This document shows, piece after piece, positions 41,823-51,170 of a stretch of 64,000 nt of DNA (the stretch's first letter is position 1; each line of letters begins with the position of its first letter). Origin of the DNA: Candidatus Eiseniibacteriota bacterium (lineage in GTDB: Bacteria > Eisenbacteria > RBG-16-71-46); contig CAVSAC010000014.1 of NCBI GenBank assembly GCA_963725865.1, positions 1,440,001-1,504,000 of the forward strand. The letters run 5' to 3'. The notes under the pieces were generated by a model, which had not been told where the DNA came from, ran no database searches, and worked only from the letters and a program-made list of their open reading frames with translations. A program made the translations under genes and the position numbers.

Positions 41823-42586
41823 ACGACGAGATCGAGCGGCTGATCCAGGATGCGTTGGACGGGGTGGCGACCCCCGAGCAGGAATCGCGACTGCGCGAGA
41901 TCCTCGCCACGGATCCCGAGGCGCGGCAGCGGCAGCGCGAGGTCGCGGCCGTGTTCCATGCGTTGGAAGGTGTGAAGACAGCGGAGGCGCCGGATCTCCG
42001 AGGCAGAGTGCTGAGCGCCATCGGGAGGGAGGCCCAGGCAGGGGCAACCCGTTCCTCATGGACCGGGAGCCTGCGCCGAGCGTTCGCGCGGCGGCCAGGT
42101 CTCGCGCTCGCCTACGCTTTCGGAGCCGGCGCCGTGGTGAGCGCCCTGGCGCTGGCGTTCGCCACCGGCGCGCTCACCCGCGGGGGGCGCGCCTCCCTGC
42201 CGGTGAGCGCGACGATGGTCTCCCCGACGTCGTCCGCACATGCCCACCGGGAGGTCACGGTGGGTGGTGCCACCGTGGTGCTCGAGTCGCGGCGGCTGCC
42301 CGGCGCCGCCGAGGTGCTGGTCGCGAGCGGCGCGGCGCCCGATGCGCGCATCACCCTCGAGTACGACGCCGCCGCGCTGCGCGTCTCCGCGCTGGACTGG
42401 GGACGGCCGGGAGCCGGCCGCGCGAGCCTGGAGCCCGGCCGTATCCACCTGGAGCCCCAGGGGGCCGACTGCCGCATCGAGTTCACGATCGTGGGGGCAC
42501 CGCCCCCCGTCATCGCCGTGGTCGAGCGCGCCGCAGGGAGCGCGCGGGAGACCCTGGACGTGAAGGCCCCGGAGGAGAACCGCTGA
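41819..42586 (+). CDS. Transmembrane anti-sigma factor
   Basis: ATGA-coupled to sigma; N-terminal anti-sigma-like domain (LIQDALDG..TPEQ..LREIL) without Zn cysteines, one TM, extracytoplasmic beta domain. Confidence 0.75.
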   Translation: MNDEIERLIQDALDGVATPEQESRLREILATDPEARQRQREVAAVFHALEGVKTAEAPDLRGRVLSAIGREAQAGATRSSWTGSLRRAFARRPGLALAYAFGAGAVVSALALAFATGALTRGGRASLPVSATMVSPTSSAHAHREVTVGGATVVLESRRLPGAAEVLVASGAAPDARITLEYDAAALRVSALDWGRPGAGRASLEPGRIHLEPQGADCRIEFTIVGAPPPVIAVVERAAGSARETLDVKAPEENR

Positions 42587-42612
42587 TCTCCCGCCGCGGG
42601 GGTGGATCCCCG

Positions 42613-42640
42613 CCAACCTTCGCGGCGTTCCCGTGTCATT
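42613..42640 (+). promoter_or_regulatory. Second copy of putative ECF promoter, upstream of the repeat-protein gene
   Basis: CCAACCTTCGCGGCGTTCCCGTGTCATT. Confidence 0.65.
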
Positions 42641-42692
42641 GGAACCAGAGCAACGAACCGACGAGAGACAGGAACCGAACAAGGAGGCGAGC

Positions 42693-43679
42693 ATGAAGGG
42701 CAACCGTGTCACGATCGTCCTGGGGATCCTGGTGGTGGGCGCTGTCATCGGGTTCTTCGCGTTCAAGAACTATCCCCCCAAGAACGGCACCGAAGGCGCG
42801 ATCGGCGCAGCGAACCGCTACCAGTCGCAGCAGATCGGCGAGAGCGACGTCAACGTGACCGAGGGCCAGGTCCAGGCGTTCCTCCAGAGCGACCTGTTCC
42901 ACAAGATCTCCACCAACGCCGATTACCGCGCGCTGCTGACCAGCCCCGACTTCGCCAGGGCCGCGGCGAGCCCCGATTTCGCGAAGCTCGTGACGAGCCC
43001 CGACTTCGCCAGGATGGTCGCGAGCCCGGACTACGCGAAGATGGCCGCCTCGCCGGACTTCGCCCGGCTGCTGACGAACCCGGACTTCGCCAAGACCGTC
43101 GTCAGCCCGGACTACGCGAAGCTGGTCACCTCGCCCGATTTCGCCAAGCTCATGGCGAGCCCCGACTACGCGAAGGCCGCGGTCAACCCCGACTTCCAGC
43201 GCCTGATGAGCGACGCGGCGAAGGCCCGGATCACGAGCGCGGCGGACTTCGCGAAGATGGTGGCGAGCCCCGACTACGCGAAGCTCAAGGCCAGCCCGGA
43301 CTACGCCAAGCTGGCGGCGCATCCGGACTTCGCGAAGATGGCGGTGAACGCCGACTACCAGCGGCTGGCGACCAACCCGGATTACGCCAGGATGGTGGCG
43401 AACCCCGACTACGCGAAGCTGGCCGTGAGCCCGGACTTCGCGAAGATGGTGGCGAGCCCCGATTACGCCCGGCTGGTGACGAACCCGGACTTCGCGAAGG
43501 TGGTGATCAGCCCGGACTTCGCGAAGATGGCCGTCAACCCGGACTTCGCCAAGGTGGTGGTCAACCCCGACTTCGCCAAGATGGTCGCGAACCCGGACTT
43601 CGCGAAGATGGTGGTCGCGCCGGAGTTCGCGAAGGCGGTCACGTCGGCGGACTTCGCCAAGTCGATCGTCAGCGAGTGA
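42693..43679 (+). CDS. Membrane-anchored protein with 28 tandem nonapeptide repeats, (S/N)PD(F/Y)A(K/R) plus three mostly hydrophobic residues
   Basis: AAGGAGG RBS; N-terminal TM VTIVLGILVVGAVIGFFAF; repeats read from translation. Confidence 0.9.
   Translation: MKGNRVTIVLGILVVGAVIGFFAFKNYPPKNGTEGAIGAANRYQSQQIGESDVNVTEGQVQAFLQSDLFHKISTNADYRALLTSPDFARAAASPDFAKLVTSPDFARMVASPDYAKMAASPDFARLLTNPDFAKTVVSPDYAKLVTSPDFAKLMASPDYAKAAVNPDFQRLMSDAAKARITSAADFAKMVASPDYAKLKASPDYAKLAAHPDFAKMAVNADYQRLATNPDYARMVANPDYAKLAVSPDFAKMVASPDYARLVTNPDFAKVVISPDFAKMAVNPDFAKVVVNPDFAKMVANPDFAKMVVAPEFAKAVTSADFAKSIVSE
42915..43670 (+). repeat. 27-bp coding tandem repeat, 28 degenerate units
   Basis: Units such as AGCCCCGACTTCGCCAGGATGGTCGCG; register unbroken over 756 bp. 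Confidence 0.92.
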
Positions 43680-43727
43680 GCCGCGCCCGGTCCCGCCGCA
43701 CGCGGGATCGGTGGCCCCTCGGACACC

Positions 43728-43760
43728 GGAGGCTCCGCGCCCGCGAGGCGCGGAGTCTCC
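43728..43760 (+). terminator. 14-bp stem hairpin between repeat gene and outer-membrane gene
   Basis: GGAGGCTCCGCGCC-CGCGA-GGCGCGGAGTCTCC (one G-U pair); a second hairpin lies just upstream at about 43687-43711. Confidence 0.6.
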
Positions 43761-43788
43761 TCGGCGTTCCTCCCAGCCCAAGGCCCGC

Positions 43789-46770
43789 ATGACGCCTCGC
43801 TCGCCGCGCCCGCTCCTCACGCTGGTCCTCGCCCTGCTCCTCGGCGCCGCGTGCGCTCCGCTCGCGCGCGCCCAGCTCGAGACCATCGAGACCCGTGATC
43901 TGCGGCTCGTCTACAGCGGACCGACGCAATCGTTCCTGGCGCCCTACACGGCGCGCTGCTTCGAGCGCTCGATGCGCTTCTACCGGCGCGTCTTCGACTA
44001 CACGCCCTCCGAGCCCGTGAACGTGATGCTCGACGACGCCGCGGACTACGCGAACGCGGCGGTGTGGGTCACGCCGCGCAACAGCATGCTCGTCCACATG
44101 GCGCCCACCAACTTCGTGTACGAGACCGGGCCCTCGAACGAGCGCATCAACTTCACGATGAACCACGAGGTCGCGCACGTCGTCACGCTCGACCGGGCGG
44201 CGGGGCAGGACCGGCTGTTCCGCGCGCTGCTGCACGGCAAGGTCAACGAGAGCGCGGACCATCCCGAGACCATGCTCTACAGCTGGCTCACGGTGCCGCG
44301 CCGCGCCTCGCCGAAGTGGTTCCGCGAGGGCACCGCGGTGTTCTTCGAGACCTGGATGGCGGGCGGGCTCGGCCGCGCCCAGGGCCCGTGGGACGAGATG
44401 GTGTTTCGCTCCATGGTGCTCGACCGTACGCGCATCTGGGACCCGCTGGGGCTCGAGTCCGAGGGCACCAAGACCGACTTCCAGGCGGGCGTGAACTCCT
44501 ACCTGTACGGCACGCGCTTCCTGAGCTACATGGCGTGGCGGCGCCGGCCCGAGGACCTGGTGCGCTGGGTCTCGCGCGCTCCCGGCAGCCGGGCGTACTT
44601 CGCCTCGCAGTTCCGGCGGGTCTACGGCGAGCCGCTCGGCGACGCGTGGCGCGACTGGATCGCCTGGGAGCGCGGCTTCCAGCAGGCGAACATCGACTCG
44701 CTGCGCCGCTTCCCCGAGACGCCCTTCCGCGACCTGTCGCGGCGCGCGCTAGGCTCGGTGTCGCGCGCGTTCCTCGACTCCACCACCCACACGCTCCTGG
44801 CGGCGGTGTTCTACCCGGGCGCGCTCGCGCATATCACCGGCATCTCGCTCGCCGACGGCTCGGCGCGCCGGCTGGCGGACGTGAAAGGGCCGGCGCTCTA
44901 CTTCGTGAGCTCGCTCGCGTGGGACCCCGACGGTCGCCGGCTCTTCTACACCACCGACAACGACGAGTGGCGCGACCTGCGCGTGCTCGACGTGGCGAGC
45001 GGGCGCTCGCGCCTGCTCATCCGTGACGCGCGTCTAGGTGACCTGTGCTTCGACCGGCGCACGCGGGCGCTGTGGGGGGTGCGGCACTTCAACGGCATCT
45101 CCTCGGTGGTGCGGCTCCCCGAGCCGTGGACCGACTGGACCCGGCTGGTCTCGCTCCCGTACGGACGCGACGTCTTCGACCTCGACCTCTCGCCCGACGG
45201 CTCGCGGCTCGCGTGCTCGATGGCCGAGATCAGCGGCCGCCAGACCCTGCGCCTGATGCGGACCGAGGCGCTGCTCGCGGGCGACACCACTTCGCGCACG
45301 CTGCACGACTTCGGCTCCAGCATCCCCACCAACTTCGTGTTCACGCCCGACGGCCGCGCGCTCGTGGGCTCCTCGTACTACACCGGGGTCTCGAACCTGT
45401 ACCGGTACGACCTCGACGCGGATGCGATGGACATCGTCACCAACGCGGTCACCGGATTCTTCCGCCCGGTGCCGCTGGGCGGGGACTCGCTCATCGCGTT
45501 CCGATACACCGGCGACGGATTCGTGCCCGCGCTCCTGCACGTGAAGCCGCTGCAGGACGTGAATGCGATCGAGTTCCTGGGCCAGCGGCTGGCGGCGCGC
45601 GACTCGGTGCTGCGCGCCTGGAAGGTGCCGCCGCCCTCGTCGGTGGATCTCGACTCGGTGGTCACGCGCCGCGGTCCCTATGCCGGCCTCTCCGCGGTCC
45701 GACCCACCACCGTCTATCCGGTGGTGCAGGCCTACAAGGACCGCGCCTCCTTCGGCTGGCGCGTGAACGCCTCCGACCCGCTCTCGCGCCACGTCGCCGA
45801 CCTCGACCTGACGCTCACCCCGGAGCGCGACCTGCCCGACGCCGAGCGCGTGCACGCCGCCCTGCGCTACCGCACCGGTGACCTCACGGCGCGCGTGCGA
45901 TGGAATCCGGCCTCGTTCTACGACCTGTTCGGCCCGACCAAGACCAGCCGCAAGGGGCTCAACGCCGGGCTCGAGTGGACACGCACACTGGTGCGCGACG
46001 CGCCGCGGATGCTCGAACTGACCACCACCGCGGACGGATGGACCGGCCTGCAGCGCCTGCCCGACTATCAGAACGTGGCGACCTCGGCCGGCTTCGACGC
46101 CCTGCTCGCGGGCTCGGCCACGCTGCGCTACCGCGACCTGCGCTCCTCGATCGGCGCGGTCGACCAGGAGAAGGGCTGGTCGTGGAGCCTCGACGGGGGC
46201 GTGAACGGCGTGCGCTTCACCCGCCTCGGGATCTCGCGCTGGCGCGGCTTCCCCTTCGCCCAGGGAACGCTCGACGCGGGCGTGCCGCTGCCGGTGCCCA
46301 ACACCTCGGTGTGGCTGCGCACCGCGGCGGGAGGCTCGCCCGGCAACGAGGCGGAGCCGTTCGCCAACTTCTTCTTCGGGGGCTTCGGGAACAACCACGT
46401 GGACCGCCAGGACCCGAAGCGCTATCGCACCGTCGAGAGCTTCCCGGGCGTGACCCTCAACGAGGTCGCGGGCACCACGTTCACGAAGGCGATGGTGGAC
46501 CTCAATCTGCCGCCCGTGCGATTCTCGCACCTCGGCCGCCCTGCGTTCTACGCCACGTGGCTGCGGCTGTCGGTGTTCGGGGGAGGGATCGCCACCGATC
46601 CCGACCGCCCGGGATGGACACGGCGGCTCGCGGACGTGGGCGCGCAGGCCGACCTGCGCCTCATGCTCCTCATGCAGCAATCCCTCACCCTCTCGTCGGG
46701 CTGGGCGCGCGCCTTCGAGCGCGGGGTCCCGCACGACGACGAGTGGATGGTCTCGCTCAAGATCCTGTGA
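43789..46770 (+). CDS. Large exported/outer-membrane protein: gluzincin peptidase domain + TolB-like beta-propeller + C-terminal beta-barrel
   Basis: Signal peptide; NHEVAH (HExxH) with WFREG downstream Glu; WDPDG/LSPDG/FTPDG propeller repeats; amphipathic strands at C-terminus. Confidence 0.75.
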   Translation: MTPRSPRPLLTLVLALLLGAACAPLARAQLETIETRDLRLVYSGPTQSFLAPYTARCFERSMRFYRRVFDYTPSEPVNVMLDDAADYANAAVWVTPRNSMLVHMAPTNFVYETGPSNERINFTMNHEVAHVVTLDRAAGQDRLFRALLHGKVNESADHPETMLYSWLTVPRRASPKWFREGTAVFFETWMAGGLGRAQGPWDEMVFRSMVLDRTRIWDPLGLESEGTKTDFQAGVNSYLYGTRFLSYMAWRRRPEDLVRWVSRAPGSRAYFASQFRRVYGEPLGDAWRDWIAWERGFQQANIDSLRRFPETPFRDLSRRALGSVSRAFLDSTTHTLLAAVFYPGALAHITGISLADGSARRLADVKGPALYFVSSLAWDPDGRRLFYTTDNDEWRDLRVLDVASGRSRLLIRDARLGDLCFDRRTRALWGVRHFNGISSVVRLPEPWTDWTRLVSLPYGRDVFDLDLSPDGSRLACSMAEISGRQTLRLMRTEALLAGDTTSRTLHDFGSSIPTNFVFTPDGRALVGSSYYTGVSNLYRYDLDADAMDIVTNAVTGFFRPVPLGGDSLIAFRYTGDGFVPALLHVKPLQDVNAIEFLGQRLAARDSVLRAWKVPPPSSVDLDSVVTRRGPYAGLSAVRPTTVYPVVQAYKDRASFGWRVNASDPLSRHVADLDLTLTPERDLPDAERVHAALRYRTGDLTARVRWNPASFYDLFGPTKTSRKGLNAGLEWTRTLVRDAPRMLELTTTADGWTGLQRLPDYQNVATSAGFDALLAGSATLRYRDLRSSIGAVDQEKGWSWSLDGGVNGVRFTRLGISRWRGFPFAQGTLDAGVPLPVPNTSVWLRTAAGGSPGNEAEPFANFFFGGFGNNHVDRQDPKRYRTVESFPGVTLNEVAGTTFTKAMVDLNLPPVRFSHLGRPAFYATWLRLSVFGGGIATDPDRPGWTRRLADVGAQADLRLMLLMQQSLTLSSGWARAFERGVPHDDEWMVSLKIL

Positions 46771-47774
46771 TCACCCCGACCGTGCTCCTGCTCGGCTTCG
46801 TCCCCGTCGTGCTGTTCCTGGCGGCGCTGATGCTCATGGACTCGTACAAGCTCGTGCCCCGCGGCGCGGTGGCCACGAGCCTCGCCGCGGGCGCGCTGGT
46901 GGCGGTGGCCGCGCTGTTCGTGAACCGCTTCGCGGCCGGATCCCTCCACCTCGACCCGCTCGCGCTCAAGCGCTACGTGGCCCCGCTGATCGAGGAGACG
47001 CTCAAGGCCGCGGTGGTGCTGGCGCTGGTGCGCGCCGGTCGCGTGGGCTTCATGGTGGACGCGGGCATCCATGGGTTCGCGATCGGCACCGGGTTCGCGC
47101 TGGTCGAGAACCTCTACTACGCGACCGCGCTCGGGGACACGCGCCTGACGCTGTGGATCGTGCGCGGGCTCGGGACCGCGGTCATGCACGGATCGACCAC
47201 CGCAGTGGTGGGGATGCTCACCAAGGGGCTCACCGACCGGCACGGCTCGTTCCGGGCGAGCCGCGCGCTGCCGGGCCTCGCGCTCGCCTTCGGCGCGCAC
47301 GCGTTCTTCAACCACCTGGTGCTGAACCCGCTGCTCATGACGGGCCTGCTGCTGGTGGCCATGCCGCTGCTGTTGCTGGTGGTGTTCGAGCGCAGCGAGC
47401 GCGCGACACGCGCCTGGCTCGGCACCGGCATCGACGTCGACCTCGAGGCGCTCGAGGCGCTGCTCGACGGCGAGGTGCACGCGACGCCGGTCGGGCGCTA
47501 CCTGGAGTCGCTCAAGGCGCACTTCACGCCCACGGTGGTGGCCGACATGCTGTGCCTGCTGCGCATCCACCTCGAGCTGGCGCTGTCGGCCAAGGGGATG
47601 CTGCTCGCGCGCGCCGCGGGCATCGAGATCCCGGTGGACGAGCACGTGCGGGCGAACTTCGCGGAGATGCGCTTCCTCGAGCGCGCCATCGGCCCGACCG
47701 GGCTGCTCGCCCTGCAGCCGTTCCGCAAGACCAGCGCGCGCGACCTGTGGGAGCTGCACGTCCTGAGACGCTGA
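46767..47774 (+). CDS. prsW: PrsW-family intramembrane glutamic metalloprotease
   Basis: APLIEETLK, GFALVEN, MHG, HAFFN motifs; GTG start overlapping upstream stop. Confidence 0.88.
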   Translation: MITPTVLLLGFVPVVLFLAALMLMDSYKLVPRGAVATSLAAGALVAVAALFVNRFAAGSLHLDPLALKRYVAPLIEETLKAAVVLALVRAGRVGFMVDAGIHGFAIGTGFALVENLYYATALGDTRLTLWIVRGLGTAVMHGSTTAVVGMLTKGLTDRHGSFRASRALPGLALAFGAHAFFNHLVLNPLLMTGLLLVAMPLLLLVVFERSERATRAWLGTGIDVDLEALEALLDGEVHATPVGRYLESLKAHFTPTVVADMLCLLRIHLELALSAKGMLLARAAGIEIPVDEHVRANFAEMRFLERAIGPTGLLALQPFRKTSARDLWELHVLRR

Positions 47775-47801
47775 CGCTCGCGCCGCGACGGGCGCGCTCG
47801 G

Positions 47802-50800
47802 CTAGCGCCAGTCGCCTGCCGCGATGAAGGCCGCCCAGCGGAACGGATGCGTGTCGAGTCCGCGCGCGCGGCGGGCGGCGATCAGGTCGCGCGCCGCGGC
47901 GCGCACCGATTCGGCGGTGCCGAGCCGCTCGGCCAGCCGGTGGTGGTAGAGCGCCACCATCCAGTCGCGGGTGGCCGCGTCCTCGACCGGCCACAGGCTC
48001 ATGATCACGGTGCGCACGCCGGCCACCTGGAACGCGCGCCGCAGCCCGAGCACGCCCTCGCCCGCGAGCAGCCGGCCGACGCCGGTGTCGCAGCCGGACA
48101 GCACCGCCCACTCCACGCCGTCGAGGTCGAGCGCCGCCACCTCCTCGGCGGTGAGCACGCCGTCCTCGCCGCCGAGCGGCACGCTCTCGCGGCGGTTGGC
48201 TCCGGCGAGCGCGAGGCCCGAGAGCCGCAGCGGGCTCTCGGTCGGCGGCGCGGCTTCCGGCGCCGCCGTGGGCGCGGCGTCGGCGAGCTCGCCCACGCCG
48301 CGGCCGCCGCCGCCCCCGGTGGCGCAGCGCGGATCCACGAAGAAGCCGTGCGTGGCCAGATGGAGCACGCGGCGGCCCGGCGCCAGTCGCGCGAAGCCGG
48401 CCTCGTCGGCCTCGACGCCGGACAGCACCCGGACCTCCTCCGTACCCGCGGCGGCCTGCCACAGCGCCGCCACGTCCTCGACCTCGCGCGCGGTGCCCGG
48501 CAGCGGCGCGAATCGCACGCGGCTGAACTCGGCGCAGCGCGCGCGCAGGCCGCGGAACGGCGGCGCGGCGTACGCGACCAGCGGCGCCGGCGCGGCCGCC
48601 GCGCTGTCGAACGCGGCGCCACCGAGTGCCAGCAGCCCCGCGCCGGTGCGCGCGCGCGCCGGCTCGTCGACCAGGTCGCGCTCGCTGGTCAGCACGTGCA
48701 GCAGCGGGCCGCGCTCAGCCAGATAGCGCCCGTCGGCGAGCGGCAGCGCCGCCAGCGGCGCGAGCGCGAGCGCGCCGTCGGGCACCACGAACACCCGCCC
48801 GGCATCGCCCAGCGCCGGCGCCAGCGGATCCCAGACGCGGCGGCGAACCGTCGCGCCGAGCCCGCGTGCCGTGCGCTCGGCGGTCTGCGCCGCGGTCCGC
48901 TCGACCGGCGGCCGGCGGCCGAGGGCGGCGTCCCAGCGCTCGAGTGCCGCTTCGATGCCCGCGGCCTCGCCGAGCGGGACCACGCTCGGGGCGCGCGCCC
49001 CGCCGCGCAGGACGAAGGCCGCGTAGCGTGCCGGACCCAGTTCGTGCGCCAGCTCGGCCGGGCGATAGCGCGCGAACGCCACCAGCGCGCTGCCCGCGGG
49101 CAGCGCCGCGGCGATCGCGTCGAAGCCGCTCGCCTCGCGGGTGCGCTGGAGGACCAGGTGCGGGCTCGACTCGAGCAGCGCTCGCTCGGCGAGGTCGACC
49201 TCGTGCCGCCAGCGGTCGAGCCCTTCCTGATACTGCGCGGGCGAGTCGCGACCGGGGCCGCGCACGACCAGCGCCGCGAGATTGCTGCGCGCGTCCTGCA
49301 CCGCCGTGCGGCGCGCCGCGGTCAGCGAGTCCCCCTCGTGGGCGGTGTGCGCATGCTGGGCCGTCGCGTCGAGCACCACGGCGCGCGAGCGCAGCATCGC
49401 GTCCCAGGCGTTCGCGCGGAGCGCGGCCGGGACCCCCGGCCGGGCGGCCGCGTCCACCACCAGGTCGAGCGCGCTGACGCGGCCCGCCGCCAGCGCGAGC
49501 GCCTCCCGCTCCGACGAGGTCTCGGCCGTCATGCGGAGCTGCTGGCGCGAGTTCGCCTCGGCGCGCTCCGCGAGTGTCCCGCCCTCGGCCGGGCGCCCGC
49601 TCGCGATGGCCAGCGTGGCGAGATGGATGAGGGTGGGGACGAGGTCGGGATGATCGGGACCCAGCCAGCGCTCGCGGATCGCGAGCGTGCGGGCGAACGT
49701 GCGCGCCGCCGCCGCGGTGTCGCCGCCGGTCATCTGCGTGGTGCCGAGACCGTCGAGCGCGAGCGCCAGATGCAGGCTGTCGGGTCGCTGGGTGCGCTCG
49801 TAGATGCCGACCGCGCGCTCGAACCACGGGCGTCCGCCGGCGTAGTCGCCCTGCTGGCACCGGTAGGCGCCGATGCTGGAGCAGTCCTGGGCCACGTTCG
49901 CGTGATCGGGTCCGAACCGGTGCTCGTCGATCCGCAGCTCCTCGACCGTCACGCTCTCGGCGGCCGCCGGGCGGCCGCGCCGCACCAGCAGCCGGGCGCG
50001 GGCGTTCAGCAGCGAGGCGCGCGTCACGGAATTGGCGTCGGCGGCCGGATCGAGCCCGGCCAGCGCGCGATCGATCAGCGGCTCGGCGGCGTCGACATCG
50101 CCCTGGGTGATGAGCGTCCAGGCCAGCCAGTTCAGCGACTGGATCACCACGCGGTGGTTCGGCGGATACGCGCGCTCGTTGATCGCCAGCGCGCGCTCGA
50201 AGCACGCGCGCGCCCCGGCGTCCTCGCCGAGGCGGCTCAGCACGTTGCCCAGCTCGATGCGCGGCTGCGCCGCCAGCGTGCTGAGCGGGCCGTACGCGCG
50301 GTCGGCACTCGCGACGGCGCGCTCGCCCAACGCGCGGGCGCCGGTCAGGTCGCCCTGCTCGGCGCGCAGGCGCGCGACCGAGCCGAGGCTCTGGATCACG
50401 TCCGGATGGTCGGGCGGCAGCGCGTGTTCGCGGATCGCGAGCGCGCGCTCGGCGGCCGCCCGCGCGCCGCGCAGGTCGCCCAGCACCGAGAGCGAGGCGG
50501 AGAGGCCCGACAGCGACATCGCGACGTCGGGATGCTGCGGCCCGAGTGCGCGCTCGCGCATCGCCAGCGCGCGCGCGAAGCCGTCGCGTGCGCCGGCGAA
50601 ATCACTCATCGCGTAGGCGACGCGCGCCAGTTGGTGGACGCCGCGCGCGCGCAGCGGATCGTCCTCGGGTAGCGCCGCCGCGCGCAGCGCCAGCGCGCGC
50701 TCGAAGTACGAGCGCGCCCCGGCGTTGTCGCCGCCCGCGAAGCGCACGTTCGCCAGCCGATCGAGCGCGGCGGCCAGCCGCAGCGTGTCGCACGGCCGCT

Positions 50801-51170
50801 GCGCCTCGCGCAGCGCGACCGCGCGTTCGGCCAAGGCCTGCGTGCCGGGCACGGTGGAGCGCATCAGCTCGAAGCGCGCGCCGATCACCACGTCGAGGGC
50901 GGCCGCCGAGTCGGACGGCGACGGCGCCCCGAACGCCGCTGCGAGCACCGCGGTGGCGAGGCTCTCCGCCGCGCCGAAGCGCCCGGAATCGGCGAGCGCC
51001 TGCGCGTGCGCGGCCGCGGCGGCAGGCCGCGGGGCGCCGCCGGCGGGGCGCGCGGCACCCGCCGATGAGGACGCGACGAGCGTGGCGGCCATCAGCGCGA
51101 GCGCGAGCGCGCCCGCCGCGCGCGGGCGCGGCGGGCGGCGCGGCGCACGCCGATGGGACGCGCCGGTCAT
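47802..51170 (-). CDS. Exported TPR-repeat + CHAT (caspase-like) protease
   Basis: Signal-like N-terminus; kinesin-light-chain-type TPRs (LGPQHPDVA); VPDGAL, HLATHGFF, VLSGCDTG, SLWPV, WAAF. Confidence 0.92.
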   Translation of the reverse strand: MTGASHRRAPRRPPRPRAAGALALALMAATLVASSSAGAARPAGGAPRPAAAAAHAQALADSGRFGAAESLATAVLAAAFGAPSPSDSAAALDVVIGARFELMRSTVPGTQALAERAVALREAQRPCDTLRLAAALDRLANVRFAGGDNAGARSYFERALALRAAALPEDDPLRARGVHQLARVAYAMSDFAGARDGFARALAMRERALGPQHPDVAMSLSGLSASLSVLGDLRGARAAAERALAIREHALPPDHPDVIQSLGSVARLRAEQGDLTGARALGERAVASADRAYGPLSTLAAQPRIELGNVLSRLGEDAGARACFERALAINERAYPPNHRVVIQSLNWLAWTLITQGDVDAAEPLIDRALAGLDPAADANSVTRASLLNARARLLVRRGRPAAAESVTVEELRIDEHRFGPDHANVAQDCSSIGAYRCQQGDYAGGRPWFERAVGIYERTQRPDSLHLALALDGLGTTQMTGGDTAAAARTFARTLAIRERWLGPDHPDLVPTLIHLATLAIASGRPAEGGTLAERAEANSRQQLRMTAETSSEREALALAAGRVSALDLVVDAAARPGVPAALRANAWDAMLRSRAVVLDATAQHAHTAHEGDSLTAARRTAVQDARSNLAALVVRGPGRDSPAQYQEGLDRWRHEVDLAERALLESSPHLVLQRTREASGFDAIAAALPAGSALVAFARYRPAELAHELGPARYAAFVLRGGARAPSVVPLGEAAGIEAALERWDAALGRRPPVERTAAQTAERTARGLGATVRRRVWDPLAPALGDAGRVFVVPDGALALAPLAALPLADGRYLAERGPLLHVLTSERDLVDEPARARTGAGLLALGGAAFDSAAAAPAPLVAYAAPPFRGLRARCAEFSRVRFAPLPGTAREVEDVAALWQAAAGTEEVRVLSGVEADEAGFARLAPGRRVLHLATHGFFVDPRCATGGGGGRGVGELADAAPTAAPEAAPPTESPLRLSGLALAGANRRESVPLGGEDGVLTAEEVAALDLDGVEWAVLSGCDTGVGRLLAGEGVLGLRRAFQVAGVRTVIMSLWPVEDAATRDWMVALYHHRLAERLGTAESVRAAARDLIAARRARGLDTHPFRWAAFIAAGDWR

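Noticed and set aside
42915..43670. 27-bp repeat array as a CRISPR array
   Set aside because: No spacers, units are contiguous and in frame with codon-level variation, and there are no cas genes
42693..43679. Multi-core RiPP precursor
   Set aside because: No modifying enzymes (YcaO, radical SAM, LanM etc.) nearby and no distinct leader/core alternation; kept only as a minor alternative
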